A DNA stretch of 64,000 nucleotides from positions 807,497 to 871,496 of the forward strand of contig CAVTOW010000002.1 in the NCBI GenBank assembly GCA_963736565.1, given 5' to 3'. The first letter of the stretch is position 1, and every line of letters starts with the position of its first letter. The DNA is from an uncultured Alphaproteobacteria bacterium. Lineage in GTDB: Bacteria > Pseudomonadota > Alphaproteobacteria > Rhodobacterales > Rhodobacteraceae. A program made the position numbers and the translations under genes. Below the pieces are notes generated by a model. It did not search any database. It worked only from the letters and a program-made list of their open reading frames with translations, and had not been told where the DNA came from. Positions 26,379-38,001 of the stretch are shown piece by piece.

Positions 26379-29300
26379 ATGAAGATCGAACGCAAATTCA
26401 CCACCGCCGAGACCGGGCGCCTATGGCGCCATCGCTTTCACCACCACCACGTCGGAGATCCGCAATCCCGACGGCAAGGTCGTGTTCCGCAACGAGGCGG
26501 TCGAAGTTCCCGCAGGGCTGGAGCCAGGTCGCCTCGGACGTTCTGGCGCAGAAGTATTTCCGCAAGGCGGGCGTGCCCGCGCGGCTGAAGCGCGTGAAGG
26601 AAAAGGGCGTGCCCGAATTCCTGTGGCGCTCGGTCCCCGACGAAGCGGCGCTCGCCGAACTGCCGGAGGCTGAGCGTTTCGTCGGCGAAACCAGCGCGCG
26701 GCAGGTGTTCGACCGTCTGGCCGGAGCCTGGACCTATTGGGGCTGGAAGGGCGGCTATTTCACCACCGAGGCCGACGCCCGCGCCTATCATGACGAGATG
26801 CGCTTCATGCTGGCCCGCCAGATGGCCGCGCCGAACTCGCCCGCAGTGGTTCAACACCGGCCTGCACTGGGCCTATGGCATCGACGGCCCGGCGCAGGGC
26901 CACTTCTACGTCGACTACAAGACCGGCAAGCTGACCAAGTCGGACAGCGCCTACGAACATCCGCAGCCGCACGCCTGCTTCATCCAGTCGGTCAGCGACG
27001 ATCTGGTGAACGACGGCGGGATCATGGACCTCTGGGTGCGCGAGGCGCGGCTGTTCAAATACGGCTCGGGCACCGGCACCAACTTTTCCTCGCTGCGCGG
27101 CGAGGGCGAGAAGCTGTCGGGCGGCGGCAAGTCGTCGGGTCTGATGGGCTTCCTCAAGATCGGCGACCGGGCGGCGGGCGCGATCAAGTCGGGCGGCACC
27201 ACGCGGCGCGCCGCCAAGATGGTGATCTGCGACATGGATCACCCCGATATCGAGGCCTTCATCAACTGGAAGGTCATCGAGGAGCAGAAGGTCGCCAGCG
27301 CTGGTCGCCGGATCGAAGATCCACGAGACGAAGCTGAACGAGATCTTCGCGGCGATCAAGGCATGGGACGGCGCCGAAGCCGATGCCGTCGATCCGGCGA
27401 AGAACGCCGGCGCTGAAGGCCGCGATCCGGTCGGCCAAGAAGGCGATGATCCCCGAAACCTACATCAACCGCATCCTGCAATATGCCAAGCAGGGCTATT
27501 ACCAGCATCGAGTTCCCGACCTATGACACCGACTGGGATTCCGAGGCCTACATCACCGTTTCGGGCCAGAACTCCAACAACTCGGTCCGCGTGACCGACG
27601 CCTTCCTGCAAGGCCGTGCGCGACGATGCCGACTGGGAGCTGATCCGCCGCACCGACGGCAAGGTCGCGAAGACCGTCAAGGCGCGCGAGCTGTGGGACC
27701 AGATCGGCCACGCCGCCTGGGCCTGCGCCGATCCCGGCATCCAGTTCCACGACACGGTCAACGCCTGGCACACCTGCCCGGAGGACGGGCCGATCCGGGG
27801 CTCCAACCCCTGCTCGGAATACATGTTCCTCGACGACACGGCCTGCAACCTGGCCTCGATGAACCTGCTGACCTTCCACAAGGACGGCAAGTTCGACGCC
27901 GAAGGCTACATGCACGCCACCCGGCTCTGGACGGTGACGCTGGAAATCTCGGTGATGATGGCGCAGTTCCCGTCGAAGGAAATCGCGCAGCTGTCCTACG
28001 ACTTCCGCACGCTGGGCCTGGGCTATGCCAATATCGGCGGGCTGCTGATGAACATGGGTCTTGGCTATGACTGCGACCGAGGGCCGGGCGCTCTGCGGCG
28101 CGCTGACCGCGCTCATGACCGGCGTGTCCTATGCCACCTCGGCCGAGATGGCGGGCGAGCTGGGCGCCTTCCCGGGCTATGCCCGCAACGCGGCCCACAT
28201 GCTGCGCGTGATCCGCAACCACCGCCGCGCCGCGCTAGGGCTGGCCGCACGGGGTACGAGGGCGTGAACGTCACGCCCGGTGCCGCTCGATGCCGCCAAC
28301 TGCCCCGACCAGACGCTGGTGTCGCTGGCGCGCGAGCGCCTGGGACGAGGCGCTGAGCCTTGGCGAGAAGCACGGCTACCGCAACGCGCAGACCACCGTG
28401 ATCGCCCCGACCGGCACGATCGGCCTGGTGATGGACTGCGACACGACCGGGATCGAGCCGGATTTCGCGCTGGTGAAGTTCAAGAAGCTGGCCGGCGGCG
28501 GCTACTTCAAGATCATCAACCAGAGTCGGTTCCGGCCGCGCTGGAAACGCTCGGCTACACCCCCGGCGCAGATCGCCGAGATCATCGCCTATGCGGTGGG
28601 CCACGGCTCGCTCGGCAAGGCGCCGGCGATCAACCACACCTCGCTGATCGGCCACGGCTTCGGCGCGCGCGAGATCGAGAAGATCGAGGCCGCGCTGCCC
28701 TCGGCCTTCGACATCCGCTTCGTGTTCAACCAGTGGACGCTGGGCGAGGAGTTCTGCCAGGGCACGCTCGGCATCCCGGCCGAGAAGCTGACCGATCCGA
28801 CCTTCGACCTGCTGCGCCACCTCGGCTTCACCAAGGCGCAGATCGACGCGGCCAACGACCATGTCTGCGGGACGATGACGCTGGAGGGCGCGCCGTTCCT
28901 GAAGCCCGAGCACTATTCGGTCTTCGACTGCGCCAACCCCTGCGGCAAGACCGGCAAGCGCTATCTGTCGGTCGAGAGCCACATCCACATGATGGCGGCG
29001 GCGCAGAGCTTCATCTCGGGCGCGATCTCCAAGACGATCAACATGCCGAACTCGGCCACCATCGCCGAAACGCTGGCGGCCTACGAGCTGTCCTGGACGC
29101 TGGGCGTCAAGGCCAACGCGCTCTACCGCGACGGCTCGAAGCTGTCGCAGCCGCTGGCGTCGGCGCTGGTCGAGGATGACGAGGAGGCGGAGGAAGTCCT
29201 GGCCTCCGGCACGCCGCACGAAAAGGCGCAGTCGTGCTGGCCGAGAAGATCGTCGAGAAGATCATCATCAAGGAAATCGTCCGCTCCAACCGCGAGAAGC

Positions 29301-30065
29301 TGCCCGAACGGCGCAAGGGCTATACCCAGAAGGCGATCGTCGGCGGCCACAAGGTCTATCTGCGCACCGGCGAGTATGCCGACGGCAGCCTGGGCGAGAT
29401 CTTCATCGACATGCACAAGGAAGGCGCCGGCTTCCGCGCGATGATGAACAACTTCGCCATCGCCGTCAGCGTCGGCCTGCAATACGGTGTTCCGCTTGAG
29501 GAATTCGTCGAAGCCTTCACCTTCACCCGGTTCGAGCCGGCGGGCATGGTGCAGGGCAACGACAGCATCAAGAACGCGACCTCGATCCTCGACTACATCT
29601 TCCGCGAACTGGCGGTCAGCTACCTCGACCGCACCGACCTTGCGCATGTGAAGCCGCAGGGCGCGTCGTTCGACGACCTCGGCCGCGGCGAGGAAGAGGG
29701 CAAGCGCAACATCTCGGAAGTGTCCGACCAGGCCGCCTCGCGCGGGCTGGAGGTGCTGCAAGCAGATCAGCTCGACCGGCTATCTGCGCAAGCGGCTGCC
29801 GCAGGAACTGGTGGTGCTGCAGGGCGGCATGACCACGAGCGGGCTTGCCAGCGACGCGATGGGCTCGCTCAACCTGATGGTGTCGGAAACCAGCTATGGC
29901 GCGACCGCGCTGGCCACCGGCACCGTCGGCATGGACGCCCGCACCAAGGCCAAGATGCAGGGCTACGAGGGCGACCCCTGCGGCGAGTGCGGCAACTACA
30001 CGCTGGTGCGCAACGGCACCTGCATGAAGTGCAACACCTGCGGCGGCACGAGCGGGTGTAGCTGA
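26379..30065 (+). CDS. nrdJ: Vitamin B12-dependent class II ribonucleotide reductase (apparent frameshifts)
   Basis: [32 protein letters not shown]-terminal TSCPD-like domain and CxxC Zn ribbon. Confidence 0.93.
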
Positions 30066-30092
30066 ACCGCACCGAGATCGAGAAGATGAAAT

Positions 30093-30126
30093 CCGCCGCT
30101 GCCCCAAGGGGTTGCGGCGGTTCTTT
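30093..30126 (+). terminator. Intrinsic terminator after nrdJ
   Basis: CCGCCGC-TGCCCC-AA-GGGGTT-GCGGCGG followed by TTCTTT. Confidence 0.6.
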
Positions 30127-30190
30127 AATGGGTCTTCGGCGAGGCTGCGTGGCCATCGCGAAGGAGGAATCCATTCGAACTGGGAAGCAA

Positions 30191-31081
30191 ATGAACTCCA
30201 CCTTCCTGGCCTCGGCAGTCGTACTTCTGACCGGGATCATCTGGGGAGTTTACTGGGTCCCGGTGCGTGCCGTCGCCGAACTGGGGCTAGACGGGGCGTG
30301 GGGCACGAGTGCCGTCACTCTCGCCGCCGCGCTTTTCCTGCTTCCCTTTGTTCTTGCAGACCAAAGCACTCTTCGTGGCAAAGATGTTCTCGGGATCGCC
30401 TCGATCACGCTTGGGGGAGCGGCTTTCGCCCTCTATTCGATCGGTTTCCTCTACGGAAAAGTGGCGCTTGTCGTCCTGCTCTGGTTCTTCAGCCCCGTGT
30501 GGAGCGTGCTGATTGCCAAGTATCTGCTGCATCTGAAGATCCCCCGACTGCGGTTGGTCTCTGTTGGCGTCGGGCTTGCGGGCCTCTTCATCATGCTCGG
30601 AGGCGATGGCGGGATCCCAGTTCCAGGTAATCTTGGAGAGTGGATGGCGTTTGCAGGTGGCCTCATTTGGGCCTTCGCCACAGCAGGCATGCGGCTGAAG
30701 TCGAACGTGAAGCCATTGCCCTCGGCCTTCCTGTTCGCCCTTGGCGCGGCCGTGACGTCGCTTCTGGCTGCGCCTTTTCTGGAGCCTTTCCCAACGATCG
30801 CGCCCGGTGACCTGCCTACGGTTGCGGTGAATGTTCTCTTGACGGGAGGCTTTTGGTGGGTCCTTTCGATTGCCGCCCTCATGTGGGCGACCGTGCGACT
30901 TGACCCCGCCCGTGTCGGCATCTTGTTGATGACTGAGGTGGTTTTCGGAGCAGTGACAGCCGCCGCGTTCGCGGGCGAAAGTCTGTCCATCAACGAGATG
31001 GTCGGCGGTGTGCTCGTGATCCTTTGTGGAATTCTCGAGGTCTGGCCGACCAAAGAAACAACAGGCCATTCTGCGGCCTGA
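30191..31081 (+). CDS. DMT/EamA family transporter
   Basis: WGVYWVPVR, FFSPVWSVL, DPARVGILLMTE. Confidence 0.8.
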   Translation: MNSTFLASAVVLLTGIIWGVYWVPVRAVAELGLDGAWGTSAVTLAAALFLLPFVLADQSTLRGKDVLGIASITLGGAAFALYSIGFLYGKVALVVLLWFFSPVWSVLIAKYLLHLKIPRLRLVSVGVGLAGLFIMLGGDGGIPVPGNLGEWMAFAGGLIWAFATAGMRLKSNVKPLPSAFLFALGAAVTSLLAAPFLEPFPTIAPGDLPTVAVNVLLTGGFWWVLSIAALMWATVRLDPARVGILLMTEVVFGAVTAAAFAGESLSINEMVGGVLVILCGILEVWPTKETTGHSAA

Positions 31082-31224
31082 AACCTGCTGCTGGATCAGA
31101 AGCGATCGGCCCTGGCCTAACCGTGCGCGGTGCTTCACCACCTTGGGGCACTGGCCCGTCAACGCTCCCCGAGCCTCCACTAGCCCAAAGCCCGGCGTCG
31201 CGAGAGGCAGGTCCTGAACTGAGT

Positions 31225-31241
31225 TGGCTGGGGCGCTAGGA
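31225..31241 (-). mobile_element. att site: displaced 3' end of a tRNA (tRNA-Gln-like)
   Basis: Minus strand reads TCCTAGCGCCCCAGCCA (T-arm 3' side, acceptor strand, CCA) about 115 bp before an integrase; no full tRNA present here. Confidence 0.7.
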
Positions 31242-31312
31242 CATTTTTCCAAGATTTTTCAAGGCCTTGTTTTCCCATAACCTATTGACACTTCGTCAGT
31301 AATTCTAGAAAA

Positions 31313-31338
31313 ACTGCTACACACGACTGCTACACACG
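31313..31338 (+). repeat. Tandem 13-bp direct repeat, likely integrase arm-type sites
   Basis: ACTGCTACACACG x2 between the att and the integrase start. Confidence 0.6.
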
Positions 31339-31357
31339 GCGGTCGAAAGTGGGGCAG

Positions 31358-33177
31358 ATGATGACCGGACAGAGCCACCTGACAAGACGTGGCGCAAGCT
31401 ACTCCGCCCGTATTCGCGTCCCGCTCGATCTGGTCGAGATCGTCGGCAAGACGGAACTGACCAAGGCACTCGGAACCAAGGAACTGGCCGAGGCGAAGCG
31501 CAGGCTCTGGCCGCTCTTGGACGCATGGCAGCGCGAGTTCGACGACCTGCGCGCCCGTCGTCGTCTTGACGCCCGCTGACCAGGCGCATGCTGTCTGGGA
31601 CCACTACACCGGCGCTCTCGACCGAGACGAGGCCGAGCGTGCCCAGCTGCCGGGGGAAGAGGAAATCGCCGCCGCTGAGGCGGCCATGATCAGGAACGCA
31701 CAGACGGGCAAGCTGGACGTGTCCAACAAGCTCGCGCTCCTGGCGGCGACACTCGACTACCGCGTCATCAGCGATGCCCTTGCGGTCAGCGCCACAGCGC
31801 GCGCCGCCAAGCTCGCCGATCTGCGCAAGCACTTGGCAAAGGGTGAGACAGCGTTGATCGCCCACGAGGTTGACGCCTACCTGCACAAGAACGGCCTGAT
31901 CGCTGAGCGCGGCACTCCCGGCTGGATAAGCATCGCCCGTGCCATGATGAGGGCCGAGATTGACGCCCTAGAGCGCACCATAGAGCGCGACGGTGGCGAC
32001 TATACCGGCACACCCCGCGACCCTATCGTGAAGCCAGCGAGCGGCACCGCGCGCGAGGTGGCGAAGCCAGGCGAAGGGATCATGGATATCTTCGAGATCT
32101 TCGCGAGTGAGAACCCGCGCGGCGTGGCGACTGGACAGGGTCAACCAGTGCCGCCGCGATATCGCGACCTTCGTCGATATGGTCGGACCCGGGTTCCCGA
32201 TAGCGAAGATCGACAAGGCCGCCGTTCGGGACTGGAAGCAGCTCCTGGTCAAGTATCCGGTCAAGGCGACAGAAACGAAGGCCTTTGAGGGGATGAACAT
32301 CAGGCAGACGGTCACGTCGAACGAGAAAGTCGGCAAGCCGGTGATCGCGGACAGAACCGTAAACCGATATTTGTCGAGCCTGAGTGCGTTCCTGTCTTGG
32401 TCGGAGAACAACGGCTACCTCGATCGAAACCCGGTTGAAGGTCTTATGCTGAAGAAGGAGATCCAAGACACCCACGGTGCCCTTTAAGACTGAGCAGCTC
32501 ATTACCTTGTTCCGCTCGCCGTGGTTCACCGGTTGTCAGAGTGACGCCGAGTGGCGCAACGTCGCCAAACCGGGGAATGTCCTGATCCGGGACCATCGGC
32601 TTTTGGGTGCCGTTGATCATGCTCTTCTCTGGGGCGACGCCCGGTGAGATCGCGCAACTGGCGGTCAGTGACGTGCGGGAGGCGCATGGGCGACTGGATC
32701 TTCCACATCACGACTGAAGGTGATGACTCACGATCAGGGCAAGGCGGTGAAGACCGCCGGTTCCATGCGCGTCGTCCCGGTGCACTCCGAACTGATCCGG
32801 CTTGGCTTCATCGTCGTACCATCAGAGACGTCAGATTAGGGTGGCGTGTCAGCTGTTCACCGGCGCGGTGCGAAATGGTCGCGGCCAGATCATGACGGAT
32901 GTGTCGCGCGAGTTCGGGCGTTACCTCACGAGGATTGGCTTAAACAGGGTAGGGGCCTGTCGCTCTACTAGCTTTCCGGCACGGGGCCGCTGATGCACTG
33001 CGGCGGGCCGGCTTCCTTGATCAGGAGTTCGGTTTCATTCTGGGGCATACCGAGGCGACGATGACAGGCAAGTATGGACAGCTTCCGCAAGGAATGCTCG
33101 ATCAGCGCGTGAAGCTAATCGATGCGATCAACTATCCTGGGCTAAACCTTTCGCATCTCCACCATGTGTGCCGTTGA
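31358..33177 (+). CDS. Tyrosine integrase with DUF6538-like N-terminus (frameshifted)
   Basis: YSARIRVPLDL..ELTKALGT; RPGEIAQL, KTAGSMRVVPVH, YSFRH, ILGH..MTGKYG across frames. Confidence 0.85.
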
Positions 33178-33499
33178 TTGATACGATCGCTCATCGAAGT
33201 GCGAAATGGTGAAGCCTCGATACCAAGGTCGGGGTCGGTTGGGATCTGGGCCAAAGGGCACCGTCTACACTTTCTGCGAGAGCAACGGACTTCCCCCGGT
33301 GCGCAAGCGGTCGCCGTCTTGCTGATCTCGACCTGGCGTCGACGCTGATCGGCAGGCATCGCCTCAAAATGGGCACTTCGAAACAAGCGTAGATCGTAGG
33401 TGCTCAGAAGCGATCCGGTGAGCGTTGCCCAGTTTCTGTAGGACATTTGGGCAGGACTGGGTGAAATGGGCGCTGGCGGCTCGCTAGTGGAGTCTTGGG

Positions 33500-33682
33500 G
33501 CCATTCCCAAGTCATGGCCGGATCGAACTGGATCGTCAGCGAGCCGCGGCGCTGCAGCGCTTGGTTGTCGCTGGGACAGTTCCGGGTCTTATAGGTCGGG
33601 GGTGTCGGTCTGCTCATGCCATCCAGCTATCACGCTCCGATTCACGAGATTAATCTCTCACTGGATTTGTGCAACAGAGCCC
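33500..33682 (-). mobile_element. IS5-family (IS903-like) 5' remnant
   Basis: End GGCTCTGTTGCACAAATC; N-terminus PTYKTRN..NQALQRRGSLTIQFDPAMTW, then truncated. Confidence 0.75.
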
Positions 33683-33837
33683 CTGCAGAATAAAGTCTCG
33701 GCTGATTGCAAAAAATCCGTCAGTCCCGACACCCAACTTGCTATATGTAGAACTAAGGAAAAGACCGGCTTCCTGAAGCCAATACGCTGAAGACGGTCGC
33801 CCTGCCTTACTGAAATCGCAGACCTATGGAGACCGCA

Positions 33838-34609
33838 ATGACGAACACCAAAATCGAAACCGTCCGAACGGCAACAAGAAACCCTTCACGACCGCATCAG
33901 GCCGGAGAACTACGGGTTTTGCGTTAACGCCGCCGATGCCGATGAGCTGTTGCTTGCAATCATTACCGACTACGCGCTGAAGATGAAGCGCTATGGATCG
34001 AACGATCTTCCTTATAATCTGAGTGATATCATTCTGGCTGAAGTTCTGGAAGAAATGGGCGGCGGGCGGATCGATCCTTGGCCGGGTCTTACGCGCGCCG
34101 ATCTTCGGCTTCTGGTGCGTGGTAGGACGCGCGGAATTTCCTGTGTCATCCTGAATGCTATCGGCGAGCTCTATTGGGGCTGGGGCGACCAGTGGGCTAC
34201 GAAGGTGGAACAGCCGCTGAGTTTTGAAGAAAAACTTCATGCGGCACATTTCCGCAAGCTGCTTGAGACGGGCAAGGGCAGCAAGGCAGCGAAGGCTTGG
34301 GCGGCGTTCCCCGGCAACATGTCGAAGGTGGCCTTCACCGTCCCGATGGAAGGCGGAACTGAGTTGAGTGGAGTGTATTGGCTTGAAAGCTATGTGCATT
34401 GGGTCAGTGATAAGGCGCAGGCAGATATCAGGGTCTACGTCAGCAACGGTGAAGGCCGTACCGGGCTTGGCCTTCTCAACGGATCAACTGCAACGGTAGT
34501 TGCCGAGGCCGTACTTCGTCAGATGATGAAGGAGGAAGTCGGTCAGTCTATTGCCGACCTCGATGAAGTTAGCGCGAACAACCTTCGTGCCGAGCTCGCC
34601 AAAATCTAA
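33838..34609 (+). CDS. Hypothetical protein (probable indel near 5' end)
   Basis: GGAG RBS and ATG at 33838; long open frame 33842-34609 with protein-like composition; no family recognised. Confidence 0.55.
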
Positions 34610-34882
34610 CTGCCGCCCGAGGTCTCGACTTGGCGCATGCGATGGGTCGCATGCCGCATGCGCCCAGGAGCGGGCCGCTGGGGTGGCAGCTGGTTTTCGG
34701 AGGCCAAGACGCACGAGTGAGGCGACAAGGGCGCTCATCGAGTCTCTCCGTGAGCCCTGGAGCCCTTGCCGATCGCATGCAGGTCGGAAGCGTCGTCGGC
34801 GATGTGCTTGGCATTCAGTTTATCAGCCAATGCGGCCGCTGAAGAGCGGTAAAAGAAAGCGCCTCGCAAGCGTTCAGAATCG

Positions 34883-35815
34883 TCAGAACCGACCAAAGTT
34901 CGGCAGGCTTTTCATCAGCGCGTCATCTGTACCAAAAGTCGGCTCGGCTGCTGGTTCGACCGACTTCTCAGACCCTCGCTGGTTGAGTACTTGGAATGCC
35001 GCATCAAGGTTCTTACTGGCGACGGGATCAACTGCGAAGCAATCAGCCGAAGAGTGAAACACCTCGGCTGGTTCGGCGTCTACCTCTGCTTGCAGCTCTT
35101 GCCGACGCTGCAGTTCTTCAATCGCACGGAGTCGCGGCTGCCGAACCGATGCTTTCGTCCAGTCACGGTTCCACCCTGTTGCGATCCCACGGTCGTTCGG
35201 TAGCTCCGCGAAATCCCCGCGGCGAAGCTTCTCGTGAAGCGGGTTCTCCGCCAGGACGTCCGCGATTTGCTCGATGATTTCGGCGGCACGATTTTGCCTG
35301 CTCCGCACCGATGCCGCAGACGCAGCTCGCTTGTCACTGGCGAGCCCAGCACTACGCCTGAAGCCTTTTTCTTCGCCAGTCCACGTTTGGTGCCTTCACT
35401 GATCCTCCGAAGCTGAGACTTTCCTATTTCCACAAGGTGATGCATCTCGGAAGAACTTGCACCGGTGGGATCGTTTAGCGCGAGGAAGGGGATATTGAAG
35501 CGCTCCATGATCTCCATCACTTGCGTCAGCTTCTCCGGTTCGCGCGTTGACTCGGAAGACATCAGTGACAACCAATGTAGCCTGCCGGGCTTGCGCGTCC
35601 TTCAAGGCATCTTTCAGACCGGTGCGCTTCGCCATGTCCATCCCAGCACCGGAGGTGACGTCACTGTGGATGCTCAGAAGCTGAATTCCACGACGACGGC
35701 ATTTGACGCGCAGCACTTCTTGCTGGCGTTCGAGGTCACCTACATCCTGCTGCCTGTCAGACGACACACGGACATAGCCCACGCCTTGTATTCGTTCGTT
35801 GGACGTGTCGTTCAT
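34883..35815 (-). CDS. Serine recombinase/resolvase family (two frameshifts)
   Basis: GYVRVSSDRQ..LERQ, SDVTSG, RTGLKDAL, ISEGTKRGLAKKKASGVVLG. Confidence 0.8.
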
Positions 35816-36409
35816 TGAGGCTTTCCTAAGAAGTGGGACGGAATGCATACGGTCGAAGAACAAGACGCAATACTCAACTTGCTCATCGTCCCGAAGCGGA
35901 CGGTTTACAATTGCATCCTCATCGCGGCAAGATGAATTGCGGGCCTTGCAAGTGAAACGAGCTTGGGCGCTGTTGGTGGTCCGAAGCGAAGCTGCGCGCG
36001 CCGGTTGTGGTGTACGTGCTTGGCTACGACAAATGCCATAAAGGACTCACCTACGACTTGCGCGCAGCGAGGTCTAAACTGGAGACGTGGGTTGATGCGA
36101 CATCATCAAACGCGAGGGCCGTCGCCGAAATCAGCCGGGGCCGATGGCATGACGGGATTGCACTTCGACCGGAGGGCGCGACCACGGATGACTGCTTCCG
36201 GACACACGGCCGCGCAGAACGCAGGGAGGTCGAACGGGCGATGGGCCGATAGCGTCGAACGACTTGCTGATCGTCAAGGGCGGAAAGCGGCCGTTCGGCA
36301 CGATCTTTAGTTGCGTGGCCGCGTTCCCGAAAGCGGCCATTCCCTAGAGGGGGATGGGCCTGAAATCCAACCTTATCAAGGTTAAGCCATTGATTTAAAA
36401 TGATCTATC

Positions 36410-36555
36410 TACGACGGCGGGAAGCCGATGAAGAGCATCACCGCCAGACGGATGATCTCGGGGCTTGTCTTGCAGTAACAAAAGGGGGCTGGGGCCGGGC
36501 ATGCGCGAGGCTAAGCGGGAGCTCAGCCCCGCTCAAACGACGTGCTGACAGGCCC
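36410..36555 (-). mobile_element. IS6-family 5' remnant
   Basis: Minus strand translates to PFCYCKTSPEIIRLAVMLFIGFP*; end GGGCCTGTCAGCAC. Confidence 0.7.
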
Positions 36556-36682
36556 TGTGCACGGGTCATTTGCACGTCGCCTGAAATCGCGTCATTTCTG
36601 CTCGTGCTGCGCGCAATCTTTCGGCTGGACTCGGGATCGCTCAGGATGGCTCCTCTCTCTGCCGTAGGGCTCACATGATTTC

Positions 36683-36831
36683 TTGACGGACACGATGGCG
36701 CGTGTAACGTGTGAGTGACGTGGCGTTTGATCTCAATGGCGAGAGAGCCACGTTCTCAAAAACACTCATACCGACAAGGCCGGATGGCAACGTAGCCCCA
36801 AGCGCTGAGGCGCATGGGGCTTGTTCGTTTT
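36683..36831 (+). promoter_or_regulatory. Promoter plus ANTAR-target leader RNA with overlapping terminator
   Basis: TTGACG-N16-TAACGT; hairpins TCTC-AATGGC-GAGA and GGC-AACGTA-GCC; terminator GCCCCA-AGCGC-TGAG-GCGCA-TGGGGC-TTGTTCGTTTT. Confidence 0.75.
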
Positions 36832-36840
36832 GGAGTTGCA

Positions 36841-38001
36841 ATGGGCGCGACATCGATCCCCCTGGGGCTGATTTTCTCGCAAGAGGGCCCCTATGCTGCG
36901 GTCGGCACGACGATGTTTCGTGGCGCGCAACTTGCGGTCAGCGAAATTGCCGATGATCCGGACTATGCCTTTCACTTCGACGTCCAGTCAGTCGAACCCA
37001 AGGGACGGAATGACCGCTATGTAGCGGGTGCACAGGCTCTTTTGTCGAGACCGGGCCTGACGCATGTGGTGGGTTGCTACACCTCCTCCAGCCGCAAGGA
37101 AGTCTTGCCGGTCTTTGAAAAACTGGACGCCGTATTGTGGTATCCATCGCACTACGAAGGCTTCGAGACGAGCGAGAACATCGTCTACACAGGCGCCGCC
37201 CCCAACCAGCATGTGGTGCCGCTGACCCATTACATCCTGTCCGAAGGCGGACGACGGGCCTTCATGGTGGGGTCCAACTACATCTGGGCGTGGGAAAACA
37301 ACCGCATCATGCGCGAGGTTCTGGGCCGCAACGGCGGTCAGGTTCTGGGTGAGCGCTATCTGCCGGTGGGCGAGGTCGATGTGAACGAAATGGTCGATCT
37401 GATCCTTCGGCATCGGCCCGATTTCATCTTTTCCACGCTGATCGGCGAGTCGGCCTACAGTTTCTTCCGCTGCCTGCGCCGCAAATGCAGCGATGCGGGG
37501 CTGGATCAGCCCCGTGACCTGCCAGTGCTGAGCTGCAGTCTGGCCGAGTTCGAACTTCCGCTGATCGGAGATGCCAGTGACGGGCATATATCCTCGAGTG
37601 TCTATTTCTCTTCCCTGCAATCGGACGCCAACGCCCGGTTCGTGTCGGCTTGGGAGCGGCATTACCCCGGCGCGGGGCACACCTCGGCCGATGCCGAAGC
37701 AAGCTACATCGCTGTGCACATGCTGGCCCGCGCGATCAGATACGCAGGTAGCGCCGACGCAGAGGCGGTGTTGCAGGCGCTGAGCGCAGTGTCGTTCGAG
37801 GCGCCCCAGGGCTTGGTGCAGATCGACCCCGACATCCGGCATTCCTACCTGTGGCCCCGCATTGGACGGTCGCGCTCCGACGGGACGTTCGAGATCCTGC
37901 ACGACAGCAGCAAGATGGTGCGGCCCGATCCCTATCTGGTCTGGGAGCCGCTGTCGCCGACCGCGCTGACAGGCGAAAAAATGCTGAGGGTTGTGTCATG
38001 A
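36841..38001 (+). CDS. amiC: AmiC-like cytoplasmic amide sensor/negative regulator
   Basis: VVGCYTSSSRKEV, LWYPSHYEGFE, GAAPNQH, VGSNYIW; no signal peptide; overlaps the ANTAR gene. Confidence 0.8.
   Translation: MGATSIPLGLIFSQEGPYAAVGTTMFRGAQLAVSEIADDPDYAFHFDVQSVEPKGRNDRYVAGAQALLSRPGLTHVVGCYTSSSRKEVLPVFEKLDAVLWYPSHYEGFETSENIVYTGAAPNQHVVPLTHYILSEGGRRAFMVGSNYIWAWENNRIMREVLGRNGGQVLGERYLPVGEVDVNEMVDLILRHRPDFIFSTLIGESAYSFFRCLRRKCSDAGLDQPRDLPVLSCSLAEFELPLIGDASDGHISSSVYFSSLQSDANARFVSAWERHYPGAGHTSADAEASYIAVHMLARAIRYAGSADAEAVLQALSAVSFEAPQGLVQIDPDIRHSYLWPRIGRSRSDGTFEILHDSSKMVRPDPYLVWEPLSPTALTGEKMLRVVS

Noticed and set aside
31225-31241. Intact tRNA gene
   Set aside because: Only 17 nt match; the adjacent sequence cannot form D or anticodon arms
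36558-36574. NtrC-like box TGCAC-N7-TTGCA upstream of the amide operon
   Set aside because: Weak match, adjacent to an IS end, and no sigma-54 motif seen
36690-36705. Additional ANTAR hairpin ACACG-ATGGCG-CGTGT
   Set aside because: Lies in the spacer of the predicted -35/-10, so it is probably not transcribed
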